Shown: piece after piece, positions 44,236 through 53,100 of the stretch
How the letters are laid out: the number at the start of each line of letters is the position of its first letter
Numbering within the stretch: position 1 is the first letter of the stretch
From: Fibrobacteria bacterium
GTDB lineage: Bacteria > Fibrobacterota > Fibrobacteria > UBA11236
Assembly (NCBI GenBank): GCA_043745805.1
Contig: JAYTSD010000008.1
Span: 288,001-352,000, forward strand
Length of the DNA stretch: 64,000 bases
Direction: 5' to 3'
Notes under the pieces: generated by a model
The model's database searches: none
What the model was told of the DNA's origin: nothing
Seen by the model: the letters and a program-made list of their open reading frames with translations, nothing else
Translations under genes and position numbers: made by a program

Positions 44236-45937
44236 ATTAGCGATAGCGGAAACGCTCGCTCCCCTCATTGGAATTAACCCCGAAGAAATTCAAGCACAAA
44301 TTTCCTATCCACAAAATCCTCTGCATGGGGATTTTGCTTTTCCTTGTTTTGCCTTAGCGAAACTGCAACGTAAGGCTCCGCCATTAATTGCAAAAGAGTT
44401 AGCAGAAAAACTTACCCTCCAATCCCCTTTAGAAAAGGTGGAAGCGATAAATGGATATTTAAATTTTTTTGTAAGTGCGAAATATTTTGCTGAAGAAACC
44501 TTAAGTGAAATATCTTCTCAAGGCAAAGCCTATGGCGATAATACCTTGGGTAAAGATCAAACTTGCTTGATAGACTTTTCGTCTCCAAACATGGGTAAAG
44601 AATTGGTATTCCATCATTTACGTGGAACTATGCTAGGTAATGCATTAAGTAAAATTTTTCATAAATCGGGGTATCATGTAGTGCGCATCAATCACTTAGG
44701 GGATTGGGGCACCTCCTATGGCAAACTCATTGTCATGTTTTTGGAGCAAGGTGATTATAATGATAGTGATTTAGAAAAATTAACTTTAGAAAAGCTCAAC
44801 GCTTTATATAAACAATTTTCTCATGCCGCAGAACTTAATCCCGAATTAGAAAATTCCGCGCGACAGGCTTTTCAAAAATTAGAATCTGGCGATCAAGAGT
44901 ATTTTAAACTGTGGAAAACTTTTCGTGAAGTCACACTTAAGGAATTAAAAAGACTCTATGCCATTTTGGATGTTGAATTTGATCATTATGTAGGTGAAGC
45001 TTTTTTTATCGATAAAATTTCACCAGTGATCGAAACGTTACAATCGAAAAACTTATTGGTAAATAGCCAAGGTGCGGTTATCGTTGACTTAAGCGCGTTT
45101 GAGCTTCCTCCTTTATTAATACAAAAAAGTGATGGCGCCACCTTGTATGCCACACGTGATATAGCCGCAGCGATTTATAGACAAGCTGAATTTAAATTCG
45201 ACAAATGCTTATACATTGTCGACAATGGGCAGTCACTGCACTTCCAACAGTTTTTTAAAGTTTTAGAATTAATGGAATATAGCTGGTGGAATAAATGCGA
45301 GCATATTCCTTTTGGCTTAGTGCTCAATAAAAGCGATGAAGGCAAATGGGAAAAAGGGAAAACCCGTTCCGGTCATTCCAGCTTACTCAAAGATGTGATT
45401 GAAAAAGGCGAAGACCGCGTTTTGGAAATCATGAGCGAAAAAAACCCCGCTTTAGGACAAAAAAGAGAGCTCGCGCAAAAAATTGTTATCGGTGCTTTAG
45501 TGTTTGATGATTTAAAAAATCGCCGCTTGAATGATATTCGTTTTGAATGGGAAAGAGTTTTAAGTTTTGAAGGTGACTCTGGGCCTTATGTACAAAATGC
45601 GCATGTTCGCCTTTGCAGTATACTTCGTAAAGGTCCAGCATTAAGTAAGCCCCATGAATTGGATTTTTCTTGTTTGCACGATCCACAAGCCAAGAGCCTG
45701 ATCCATGCCTTATACTTATTCCCAGAAAAAATAAAAGCTGCCTTGCTGATTTGTGATCCATGTTTGATTGGACAATATATTTTAGAAATCGCCGAAAATG
45801 TGCATGGCTTTGTGCATTCTTGTCGCGTTTTAGGAAGTCCCGAAGAAAAAGAACGGTTATTTTTGATTTATTGCGCTAAATCCGTATTAGCAAATGCCTT
45901 AGAATTACTTGGCGTTCCTGCGATTGAAGAGATGTAG
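44222..45937 (+). CDS. argS: Arginine--tRNA ligase (non-canonical HIGH/KMSKS motifs)
   Basis: GDFAFPCF, DFSSPN, NHLGDWG, KSDGATLYATRDIAA, LSFEGDSGPYVQ and C-terminal LGV....M. Confidence 0.96.
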   Translation: MTNYKLAIAETLAPLIGINPEEIQAQISYPQNPLHGDFAFPCFALAKLQRKAPPLIAKELAEKLTLQSPLEKVEAINGYLNFFVSAKYFAEETLSEISSQGKAYGDNTLGKDQTCLIDFSSPNMGKELVFHHLRGTMLGNALSKIFHKSGYHVVRINHLGDWGTSYGKLIVMFLEQGDYNDSDLEKLTLEKLNALYKQFSHAAELNPELENSARQAFQKLESGDQEYFKLWKTFREVTLKELKRLYAILDVEFDHYVGEAFFIDKISPVIETLQSKNLLVNSQGAVIVDLSAFELPPLLIQKSDGATLYATRDIAAAIYRQAEFKFDKCLYIVDNGQSLHFQQFFKVLELMEYSWWNKCEHIPFGLVLNKSDEGKWEKGKTRSGHSSLLKDVIEKGEDRVLEIMSEKNPALGQKRELAQKIVIGALVFDDLKNRRLNDIRFEWERVLSFEGDSGPYVQNAHVRLCSILRKGPALSKPHELDFSCLHDPQAKSLIHALYLFPEKIKAALLICDPCLIGQYILEIAENVHGFVHSCRVLGSPEEKERLFLIYCAKSVLANALELLGVPAIEEM

Positions 45938-46022
45938 CGTTTATCGCTACCCTTCTCTACTTTATCTTCTCATTTTTTTTATAAACTCATCAAAAAAACA
46001 CGTCAATACTGCATTCGTAATC

Positions 46023-46049
46023 ATAACTCATTTTAAATCAATGAGTTAT
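46023..46049. repeat. Perfect 10-bp inverted repeat with 7-bp spacer
   Basis: ATAACTCATT-TTAAATC-AATGAGTTAT. Confidence 0.8.
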
Positions 46050-46141
46050 TTGTTTAGGTTTTTTCTACGGCACAGTAGCTTTAAGGTTGCGAGAGAAAAA
46101 AAATTACAATCAATAATATGCGTTAATTAATTTTGATCCAT

Positions 46142-46173
46142 AAAAAACGGAGGCCAAGATCTCTTGGCCTCCG
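46142..46173 (-). terminator. Intrinsic terminator of the small basic peptide gene
   Basis: Minus strand reads CGGAGGCCAAG-AGAT-CTTGGCCTCCG-TTTTTT. Confidence 0.9.
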
Positions 46174-46212
46174 CATAAGGCATTGATATTACTGCAATTG
46201 CAGCAGCAATCC

Positions 46213-46299
46213 TTATTTCTTCTTCTTGGTAGCTTTCTTGACTACTTTCTTTGTTGCTTTTTTTGCAACTTTTTTTGCAGCTTTCTTCTTAGCGGCCAT
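46213..46299 (-). CDS. 28-aa histone-H1-like Lys-rich peptide MAAKKKAAKKVAKKATKKVVKKATKKKK (below the ORF-track length cut-off)
   Basis: ATG..TAA open frame with 15 Lys in 28 residues. SD AAGGAGGTGATC at 46302-46313. Has its own promoter and terminator. Confidence 0.85.
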   Translation of the reverse strand: MAAKKKAAKKVAKKATKKVVKKATKKKK

Positions 46300-46530
46300 G
46301 AGATCACCTCCTTCCGGCTTTTAAATTTTTAAAATACGATTATTGTTTTTGAAAAATTTTTTGAAAAAAAGTTTTGCTCGTTGCAATTTTTTCGAGCTGG
46401 CGAAATACCATTTGAGCTCGATAAAATAAGGTCGGAATACGAGTAACGAGGGAGTAACATCCGCGTTTCAGTAGTTTTTTTGAAGAGTGTTTGATTCAAT
46501 TTCTTCCTTACACTTCGTCTCAACAAATAA

Positions 46531-46559
46531 ATGATAAAGAACTTGACAGCAATAGTCAA
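46531..46559 (-). promoter_or_regulatory. Sigma70-type promoter of the peptide gene with overlapping CTTGAC-N7-GTCAAG palindrome
   Basis: Minus strand TTGACT-N17-TATCAT. Palindrome at 46542-46560. Confidence 0.65.
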
Positions 46560-46601
46560 GCAATTATTTCACTTTTGTTAATTTATTTTTTTCGTTGCTG
46601 A

Positions 46602-49274
46602 TCAAATTGAACTTAATTCGATTTTGAGAGTAGTAATAATTTTATCAATCATTTCTTGTCCAACAATTTTTTCTTCATGCATATCCGTGATATAAAAAGA
46701 ATCCATTGCCTTATCTGCTTCCGTTGTAAGTACAGCTCCATGCACATTCAGACGTAACTCGCTGAAGACCTTAGTCACTTGATATAAAAGCCCCAATCTA
46801 TCTTTACAAGTGAAATCAACAGTGCTAAAAGAATCGCTAATGGTATTCGAGAAAAAAATTTCCGCCGCAACCGGCAATTCTTTCCTCTTTCCGAATTGAA
46901 AACCGGTTTTGAATTTTTTTTGCAAAGTAAAAAGCTCTTCGCGTGACAATCGAAAATTCTTTTCCAACTCTTCACATAACTTTTTTTTGAGACTTTCAGG
47001 CGTAAATTTATTTCGTGCCGACACCGAAACTTGGAATTTATCAATCGCTACGCCATCAATACGGGTGTAGATGTGAGAACTAAGGATTGATAGCTCTAGA
47101 TGCGCCATAGTGCCTGCAATGCCACACAGAAGGGCTACATCATCAGCAGCGACAATGGTTACTTCCCAATGTGTATTTGTCGCGAAAACCTGTGCATTGA
47201 ATTTTTGCTTTCCTAAAGTGCTGATCAACTGTATATGTTGAATAATTTCTTCCGGTGAAGTGGAGTTTGCATAATGTCCGGGTAAAAGTTCCAGATGAGT
47301 TCTCACTTCTTGCTCAGAAAATCTCTTGCTAATATTTTCGATGAGCATTTCTTGCAGATCTCGTTTACTGATAGCGGCTTCCATAGGAGTTTGCATTGCT
47401 TCTAAAGCAAGATTATAAAGTTTTTGTAAAAGTGAAGCTTTCCAATTGGACCAAGCATCGGGATGTACCGAAGAAACATCGCAATAAGTTAAAACGTACA
47501 GTTTATGCAAAGTAGCGGGTGTTTCCACTTTAGCAATAAAGTCACGAATGGTTTTGGGATCCCCTAAATCTCTTCTTTGAATAATTTCATTCATTAATAA
47601 ATGATGCAGTACTAAATTAGAAGCCTCTTTACAACGCGAAGCAGAAAATCCCATCGCATCCATATAGTCGAAAACCATTTTTGCGCCGGTTATACTATGC
47701 TTGGGTCCCACGCCCTTCCCTATATCATGAAAAAAACTAACCAGCACCAAAGTGTCCATGTCATTTACCAGCGATACTGCTTTTCTTAAGGAAGACAATT
47801 CTTTTTCCGGACGTTGTCCTAAATAAGCGAGCTGTCGTACTACGGTAATGGTATGTTCATCCGTGGTATAGATATGGTAAATGTCATGCTGACTATGACA
47901 ATAGATATAATTGAAATCGGGAATAATAAGCCCAATCAATCCAACATCATTCATCGCGCGTAACATTCGTCCTACGCGCAACGGACTTTTACACAAACGT
48001 AAAAACTCGGGAAGATATTCTTTAGGTTCAAATTGCGATGCCGATAATACACTTACAGCTTGTTTAATGCGCATCACGGCATGATGGGCGTAGCCAAAGT
48101 TTTTTTCATTAGCAAGCTCAAAATACTCCATGATTAAGTTCACTTGATCAATGAAAGGGTTACCTACACGCGCCTTAATATCCAATGCGTCGTCTTCTAC
48201 TTTAAAGTGTGCATGGTTTTTTAAATTTTCTCTGGATCCTTTAGCACCCTCAGGTTTTACCCAACGAGAAATTACCGCTTCGGTAATGCGATTAATGGTT
48301 TTGGTATGGTGATAAAAAACTTTAAGGAAAACTTCGACGGGTTTTTGATTGGCTTCCTCTTTAAAATCTAATTCCAAGGCAATTTCCGGCTGGATTTCAA
48401 AAGAAAGATAATCGTCTTTTTTTTGCGTAATGAAATGCAAACAGCAGCGAACTTGCAAAAGGAAATCATAAGCCACACGAATATCTTCCAATTCTTGCGG
48501 CGTAATAAATCCTTCACGCACTAAATCCTCAAAATCTTGACAACTATATTTTACTTGCGCAATCCACATCATGGAATGCACGTCGCGTAAACATCCATTG
48601 CCTTCTTTAAGATTGGGTTCCAATAATTGCACCAATAATCCAGTTTGAGATTTGCGATGCTCGCGCTCTTTAATTTTTGCTTCAATCAAAGCGGAACTAC
48701 GCCAAGAAAATAAAGGCTTCTTCATAAGCTTCACAAATTTGCGATACAAGCCATGATTGCCCGATAAAAAGCGCTCATTTAAAAAAGAGGTCCATGTTTC
48801 CGCATCTTTTTTCGATGCCTCCTCGCATTGACTTAAGCTGCGTACCGATGAACCTACTACAAAACCATAATCCCATAAATTACGCACGATGATTTCTGCT
48901 TGACGTAACTCTTCAGTCGTTGGACTGGAAGAAGTGAGAATTAAAATATCAATATCGCTTTGCGGACAAAGTTCCATGCGACCATAGCCTCCCACAGCCA
49001 CAATGCTCACTAAATCATCTTCATTGGGAACCGACATTTCGATTTGATCCCACATCACGCGAATTAAAGTATCCGCCATTTCACTTATAAAACGTACCGT
49101 TTCCGTTCCTGAGGCGCCGCTTCGATTTAGGAGACGGATTTTTTCCCTTTGCTTAGCTAAGACAGTTTTAATGGAACTAATTTGTTCCGCCGATGATTTC
49201 CGATTATAACATTCACGTAATGCTTCTACAAAATCACCTTGCATACCAAAACGATGGTAATAACGTTGTACCAT
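46602..49274 (-). CDS. glnD: [Protein-PII] uridylyltransferase/uridylyl-removing enzyme
   Basis: AVGGYGRMELCPQSDIDIL, EPNLKEG.GCLRD, YHIYTTDEH, HDIGKG and two C-terminal ACT domains (DRLGLLY). Confidence 0.95.
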   Translation of the reverse strand: MVQRYYHRFGMQGDFVEALRECYNRKSSAEQISSIKTVLAKQREKIRLLNRSGASGTETVRFISEMADTLIRVMWDQIEMSVPNEDDLVSIVAVGGYGRMELCPQSDIDILILTSSSPTTEELRQAEIIVRNLWDYGFVVGSSVRSLSQCEEASKKDAETWTSFLNERFLSGNHGLYRKFVKLMKKPLFSWRSSALIEAKIKEREHRKSQTGLLVQLLEPNLKEGNGCLRDVHSMMWIAQVKYSCQDFEDLVREGFITPQELEDIRVAYDFLLQVRCCLHFITQKKDDYLSFEIQPEIALELDFKEEANQKPVEVFLKVFYHHTKTINRITEAVISRWVKPEGAKGSRENLKNHAHFKVEDDALDIKARVGNPFIDQVNLIMEYFELANEKNFGYAHHAVMRIKQAVSVLSASQFEPKEYLPEFLRLCKSPLRVGRMLRAMNDVGLIGLIIPDFNYIYCHSQHDIYHIYTTDEHTITVVRQLAYLGQRPEKELSSLRKAVSLVNDMDTLVLVSFFHDIGKGVGPKHSITGAKMVFDYMDAMGFSASRCKEASNLVLHHLLMNEIIQRRDLGDPKTIRDFIAKVETPATLHKLYVLTYCDVSSVHPDAWSNWKASLLQKLYNLALEAMQTPMEAAISKRDLQEMLIENISKRFSEQEVRTHLELLPGHYANSTSPEEIIQHIQLISTLGKQKFNAQVFATNTHWEVTIVAADDVALLCGIAGTMAHLELSILSSHIYTRIDGVAIDKFQVSVSARNKFTPESLKKKLCEELEKNFRLSREELFTLQKKFKTGFQFGKRKELPVAAEIFFSNTISDSFSTVDFTCKDRLGLLYQVTKVFSELRLNVHGAVLTTEADKAMDSFYITDMHEEKIVGQEMIDKIITTLKIELSSI

Positions 49275-49313
49275 AAATCCTCCTCAGCTGATTTAATATT
49301 GGTTAATCAGCTA

Positions 49314-50105
49314 TTATCGTAACATTAAGCTAGAAATTAGAAAGCCAGAAATGAGCACGGAAACATTAGAGGCTACCACCGAAGCCATGGTAGCACGCCC
49401 CACACCTTCCGCTCCATGCGTGCTGGTATAACCAAAATAACATCCGTATAAGCTGATTAAGATTCCAAATACAAAAGATTTAAATAAACCTACCAGTAAA
49501 TCCCAATCGCTGTAAAACAATCGTACGCCACTAAAAAATGCTTCGGAGGATAAATCTTTAAAGAAGGTTACTACAAAAAGCGCACCCAAAATGGCAACCA
49601 AAGAAGAAAAAATAGTCAACATAGGTAACATAATCATGCCCGCTAATAAACGCGGTGCCAATAAAAACCGAAAAGGATTAATATTCAAACATTTCATGGC
49701 ATCTAATTGTTCCGTAACCGCCATGGTTCCCAGTTCTGCGGTCATGGCTGCACCCACACGACCTGATACAACCAAGGCGGTTAAAACCGGACCCAACTCT
49801 AACATCACCGATTTCCCCACGGCAGTGCCGATATAGCGCAGAGGAACATAATCGGCAAATTGATACGCTGCTTGCCAGGCCGCTACCGCTCCCGTAAAAA
49901 TGGAGGTCAAGCAAACTAATGGAATAGAGGTGATGCCGATGATATACATTTGTTCAACGGTAAAATGAAAGTTACGAGTCACTTGCGGCAATTGCAAAAA
50001 AAGTTCCCAAGTAAACCGAAAAAACTCTACCGTGGTTTTCACTTTGGCTAAGATGAAGAAGCCAAATCGCACCATACTTTGATCGATACTGGTGAGTATG
50101 TCCAT
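49314..50105 (-). CDS. mlaE: MlaE-family ABC permease
   Basis: ELGPVLTAL..SGRVGAAMTAELGTM.VTEQLDAM, PR and GAEGVGRAT..SVV. Confidence 0.93.
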   Translation of the reverse strand: MDILTSIDQSMVRFGFFILAKVKTTVEFFRFTWELFLQLPQVTRNFHFTVEQMYIIGITSIPLVCLTSIFTGAVAAWQAAYQFADYVPLRYIGTAVGKSVMLELGPVLTALVVSGRVGAAMTAELGTMAVTEQLDAMKCLNINPFRFLLAPRLLAGMIMLPMLTIFSSLVAILGALFVVTFFKDLSSEAFFSGVRLFYSDWDLLVGLFKSFVFGILISLYGCYFGYTSTHGAEGVGRATMASVVASNVSVLISGFLISSLMLR

Positions 50106-53100
50106 TTATTGAGCCATCAAGGTTTCAAAATATTTTTCCACAATTTTCCTTTGGTTGGAATCTAATTTCCAATTCTTCGCATTTTTACGTGCGGCTTGCA
50201 AGAGATCTCTAACTTTATCAGGACTCATTGCATTGGCTATTTGATTTTCCGAAGCATTACCTTGATATGATTTTGCTTCGCGTTCGGGACTTTCACCACG
50301 TTCTTCCATTGCATTCGCAGCTTCTAGCAAGCGTGTTTGAAAGCGTTGTTGCTTTTGTTGTAACTCCTCAGGATTCAATCGCCCTTGGCGTAATTCTTTT
50401 TCCAAATTCCGTGCTTGTTCAGCCAGTTGATGCAGTTTCTGTGCCGATCCACCACCGGCATTATCTTTTTCTGCCAACCCTTCAATTTGCTCACCCAATT
50501 CACCTTGTTGATTAGCCATGCCTTGTGGAGATTGTCCGGGACTTAAGCTATTAGCACTTTTGCCTTGTGAGCGAGCCTCCATCATAGCGTGTAACAATTC
50601 TGTGGTCGCCTGATTAATCGCCATTTGCTTTCCACTCATGCCTTTCAATTGCGAGGCAAAATCTCCGTGACCTTGCCCAGATGATTTTTTTCCCTTACCA
50701 TTTTTTCCACTTTTTCCATCCGAACCCTCTTTGCCTTCTTTACCTTGGCCTTTAGATTTCCCCGAACTACCTGAGTTACCCGAAGCTTGTTGGTTACGCG
50801 CAAATTTAAGCAATTTTAACAATTCTCTACTCACATTTTCACTATGTTGCAGAGCTAAATCTGCTTTGTCACCATTATACTCTTTGGCAGCGGCGGCGGC
50901 AGTAATTTGTAATTGCCTTACTTCCGATAATAAAACCGGACTTACAAAAGGTAATTCTCCACTCAAAACTTTAAGGTGATCTTGCAAGTAACGCGCTACT
51001 TGTTCCACAGATCCATATAAAGAAGGTTCATCCCCTTCCCAACCTTCGCTTTGCCTTTGCGATTTTCCACTGCGGATTAAATTTTGCAAATGCATCAATT
51101 CCAAACTTTCTTGCGTGATATTATCAATTTCACTCAAATCAATTTCCAAGCCTTCGCCGCCTTCCGCAGTAGCTTCGGCTAATATTTTTTGCATTTTAGC
51201 TAATTTTTTTTGGACTTTTCCTGCCGCCTGTTTCGCTTCCGTTTTTTTTTGATTGTCGCTCATCAGCTCTTCAGCTGCCTGCATATCCTCCGTAACTTTT
51301 TCTTTTTGGAAAGCCTCATTAATATCCGCGTACATTTTTTGTTTATCCGCTTCTTTATTCAGTTCCGCTAAAAGCTTATGGCTATCTTCGCTTATTTTTT
51401 TTTGATTTTCCCTCGCCAAAGTAGTCGCCACATTTTTTTCTCGTTCTTCCAAATCCTCTAAACGGTTTTTCCAACTTTCAATTTTTTGCATTTCACGAAG
51501 ATTTTGTAGCATACTTAAAGTACGATCAATATCTTGCTGCAATTGTTCGCGATTCTCCATGAGCTTATTCATTTCTTTTTGCAAATCCTCAGGATTCACT
51601 TCTTGCCCTGCCATTTTTTCGCGCAGTAAATCTTTTAAACTATCCGAAAGCAGTTCTTTAGTTAATTCTCGAACTTTTTTCATCTTGTCCAATAATTCTG
51701 GTGATAACAATTTATTGTCCATACTCTTTTGCATAAATTTTTGCAAATCCTCACTAGCTTGCTGTAAATCTTTCGCTACCTCTAATTGATCTTTAGCACC
51801 TTGTTCCTGTAATTGCTGTTTAAAAGCACTTTGCTTTTTTTCATCTTCAAACAGGCCTTGTAAATCTTTTTGATTTTCGGCATTTTTCTTCGCTTCGTTT
51901 TTCAAATCCTGTAAATGTGTTTTTTCCGCAGCAAGTTTATTTTTATCGGCTGGCGCTACTTTATTACCCTTATCGCCTTTTTCCGGCTGCTCCATAGTTT
52001 TTTCGATTTGTGCTAATTGTGTTAATTCTTCCTGCTGATTTTTTTGGATTTTTTTCAATAGGGTTAAACGTTCCTCAACCGGCAAGTTCGCAGGATTGTT
52101 AAGGGGTAAATCTTTCTCTGCTTTTAGCATATGTTCTGCAAGCTTTGGATAAGCCTTTTGCATTAACGCTTGTACACGTTTACCATGTTCCAAAGGATCG
52201 CGCAGCATAATACGCTGAATATCATATTCAGTAATACTCGGTGGTGCATCTTCCTTTGGCGCGGATTGCACTTGATCCAATTTATGATTGACTTGCTTTT
52301 GTCTTTCGGTAGCACTTTTTAATGAGGTGAGCGCATTGCCTTCTTGTTTTTGTAAATCGGCAAGCCATTCTTCTAAACTGGGCATACGCAAAATAATGCG
52401 TTCCGATTTACCCGATTTGTTACCACTAATAGCATCATTGTCCCAGGCTTGAAAATAAATCTCTAGGCTATTTTCTGGGCGTAATCCTAATGAATCGAGA
52501 TTCCAAGTAAACTCAGCCATTTCCGATTCTTTTTTCCACCAGAATCGCGCGGATACAATGCCTGTCCTATTTTGATTATTCTCATTTGAAATACGGTAAT
52601 GCAATTGCAGACGTGATATGCCAAAATCATCATGCACTTTAACTTGCAAGGGAAGTAATAATGAACGATTCAAAACATCTTGCGGACGAGGATTTATTAA
52701 AGTGAGTTGAGGTGCTTCATCCCTTAGCATTTCGATTTGTGCTTGTAACTGCGTATGATTTAATAAGCCATCTCTATCGCACAATTTAAAAGTTAAAGTT
52801 TGCGCCTCGCGTACGCCCCCCCTCCAAGTGTAATTTTGGCCTTTTCCTAAATCTCTAAACTGGTTGGCTTTTACCGAGTCTGCATAATGAATGGATAGTT
52901 CTGCTTTTTGTAAATCACGATTCGCTTGCGCATTAATAACTACTTGCGATCCAGGCAATACTTCAAAATGTACTTGTCCCCTAGGTAAAGTATCGGGGCC
53001 TAAATTTGTATAAGCAGGTGGTTGTACAATAAATTGTAATTGCGAAAAAGTGGGAGCCGATTTAACTTGCGCCAAAAACCGTTTACTTTTTCCATTTTCA

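Noticed and set aside
45909-46130. 73-aa + strand ORF after argS
   Set aside because: It overlaps the argS end and is AT-rich, low-complexity and motif-free. Likely spurious.
46302-46313. GATCACCTCCTT on the + strand looks like the 3' end of a 16S rRNA gene
   Set aside because: There is no upstream 16S sequence such as helix 45 or AAGTCGTAACAAGG. It is the SD of the minus-strand peptide gene.
46329-46559. 76-aa minus-strand ORF in the ORF track
   Set aside because: It starts at the TTG of the predicted -35 box, has no SD and no recognisable motif. Better explained as promoter plus leader.
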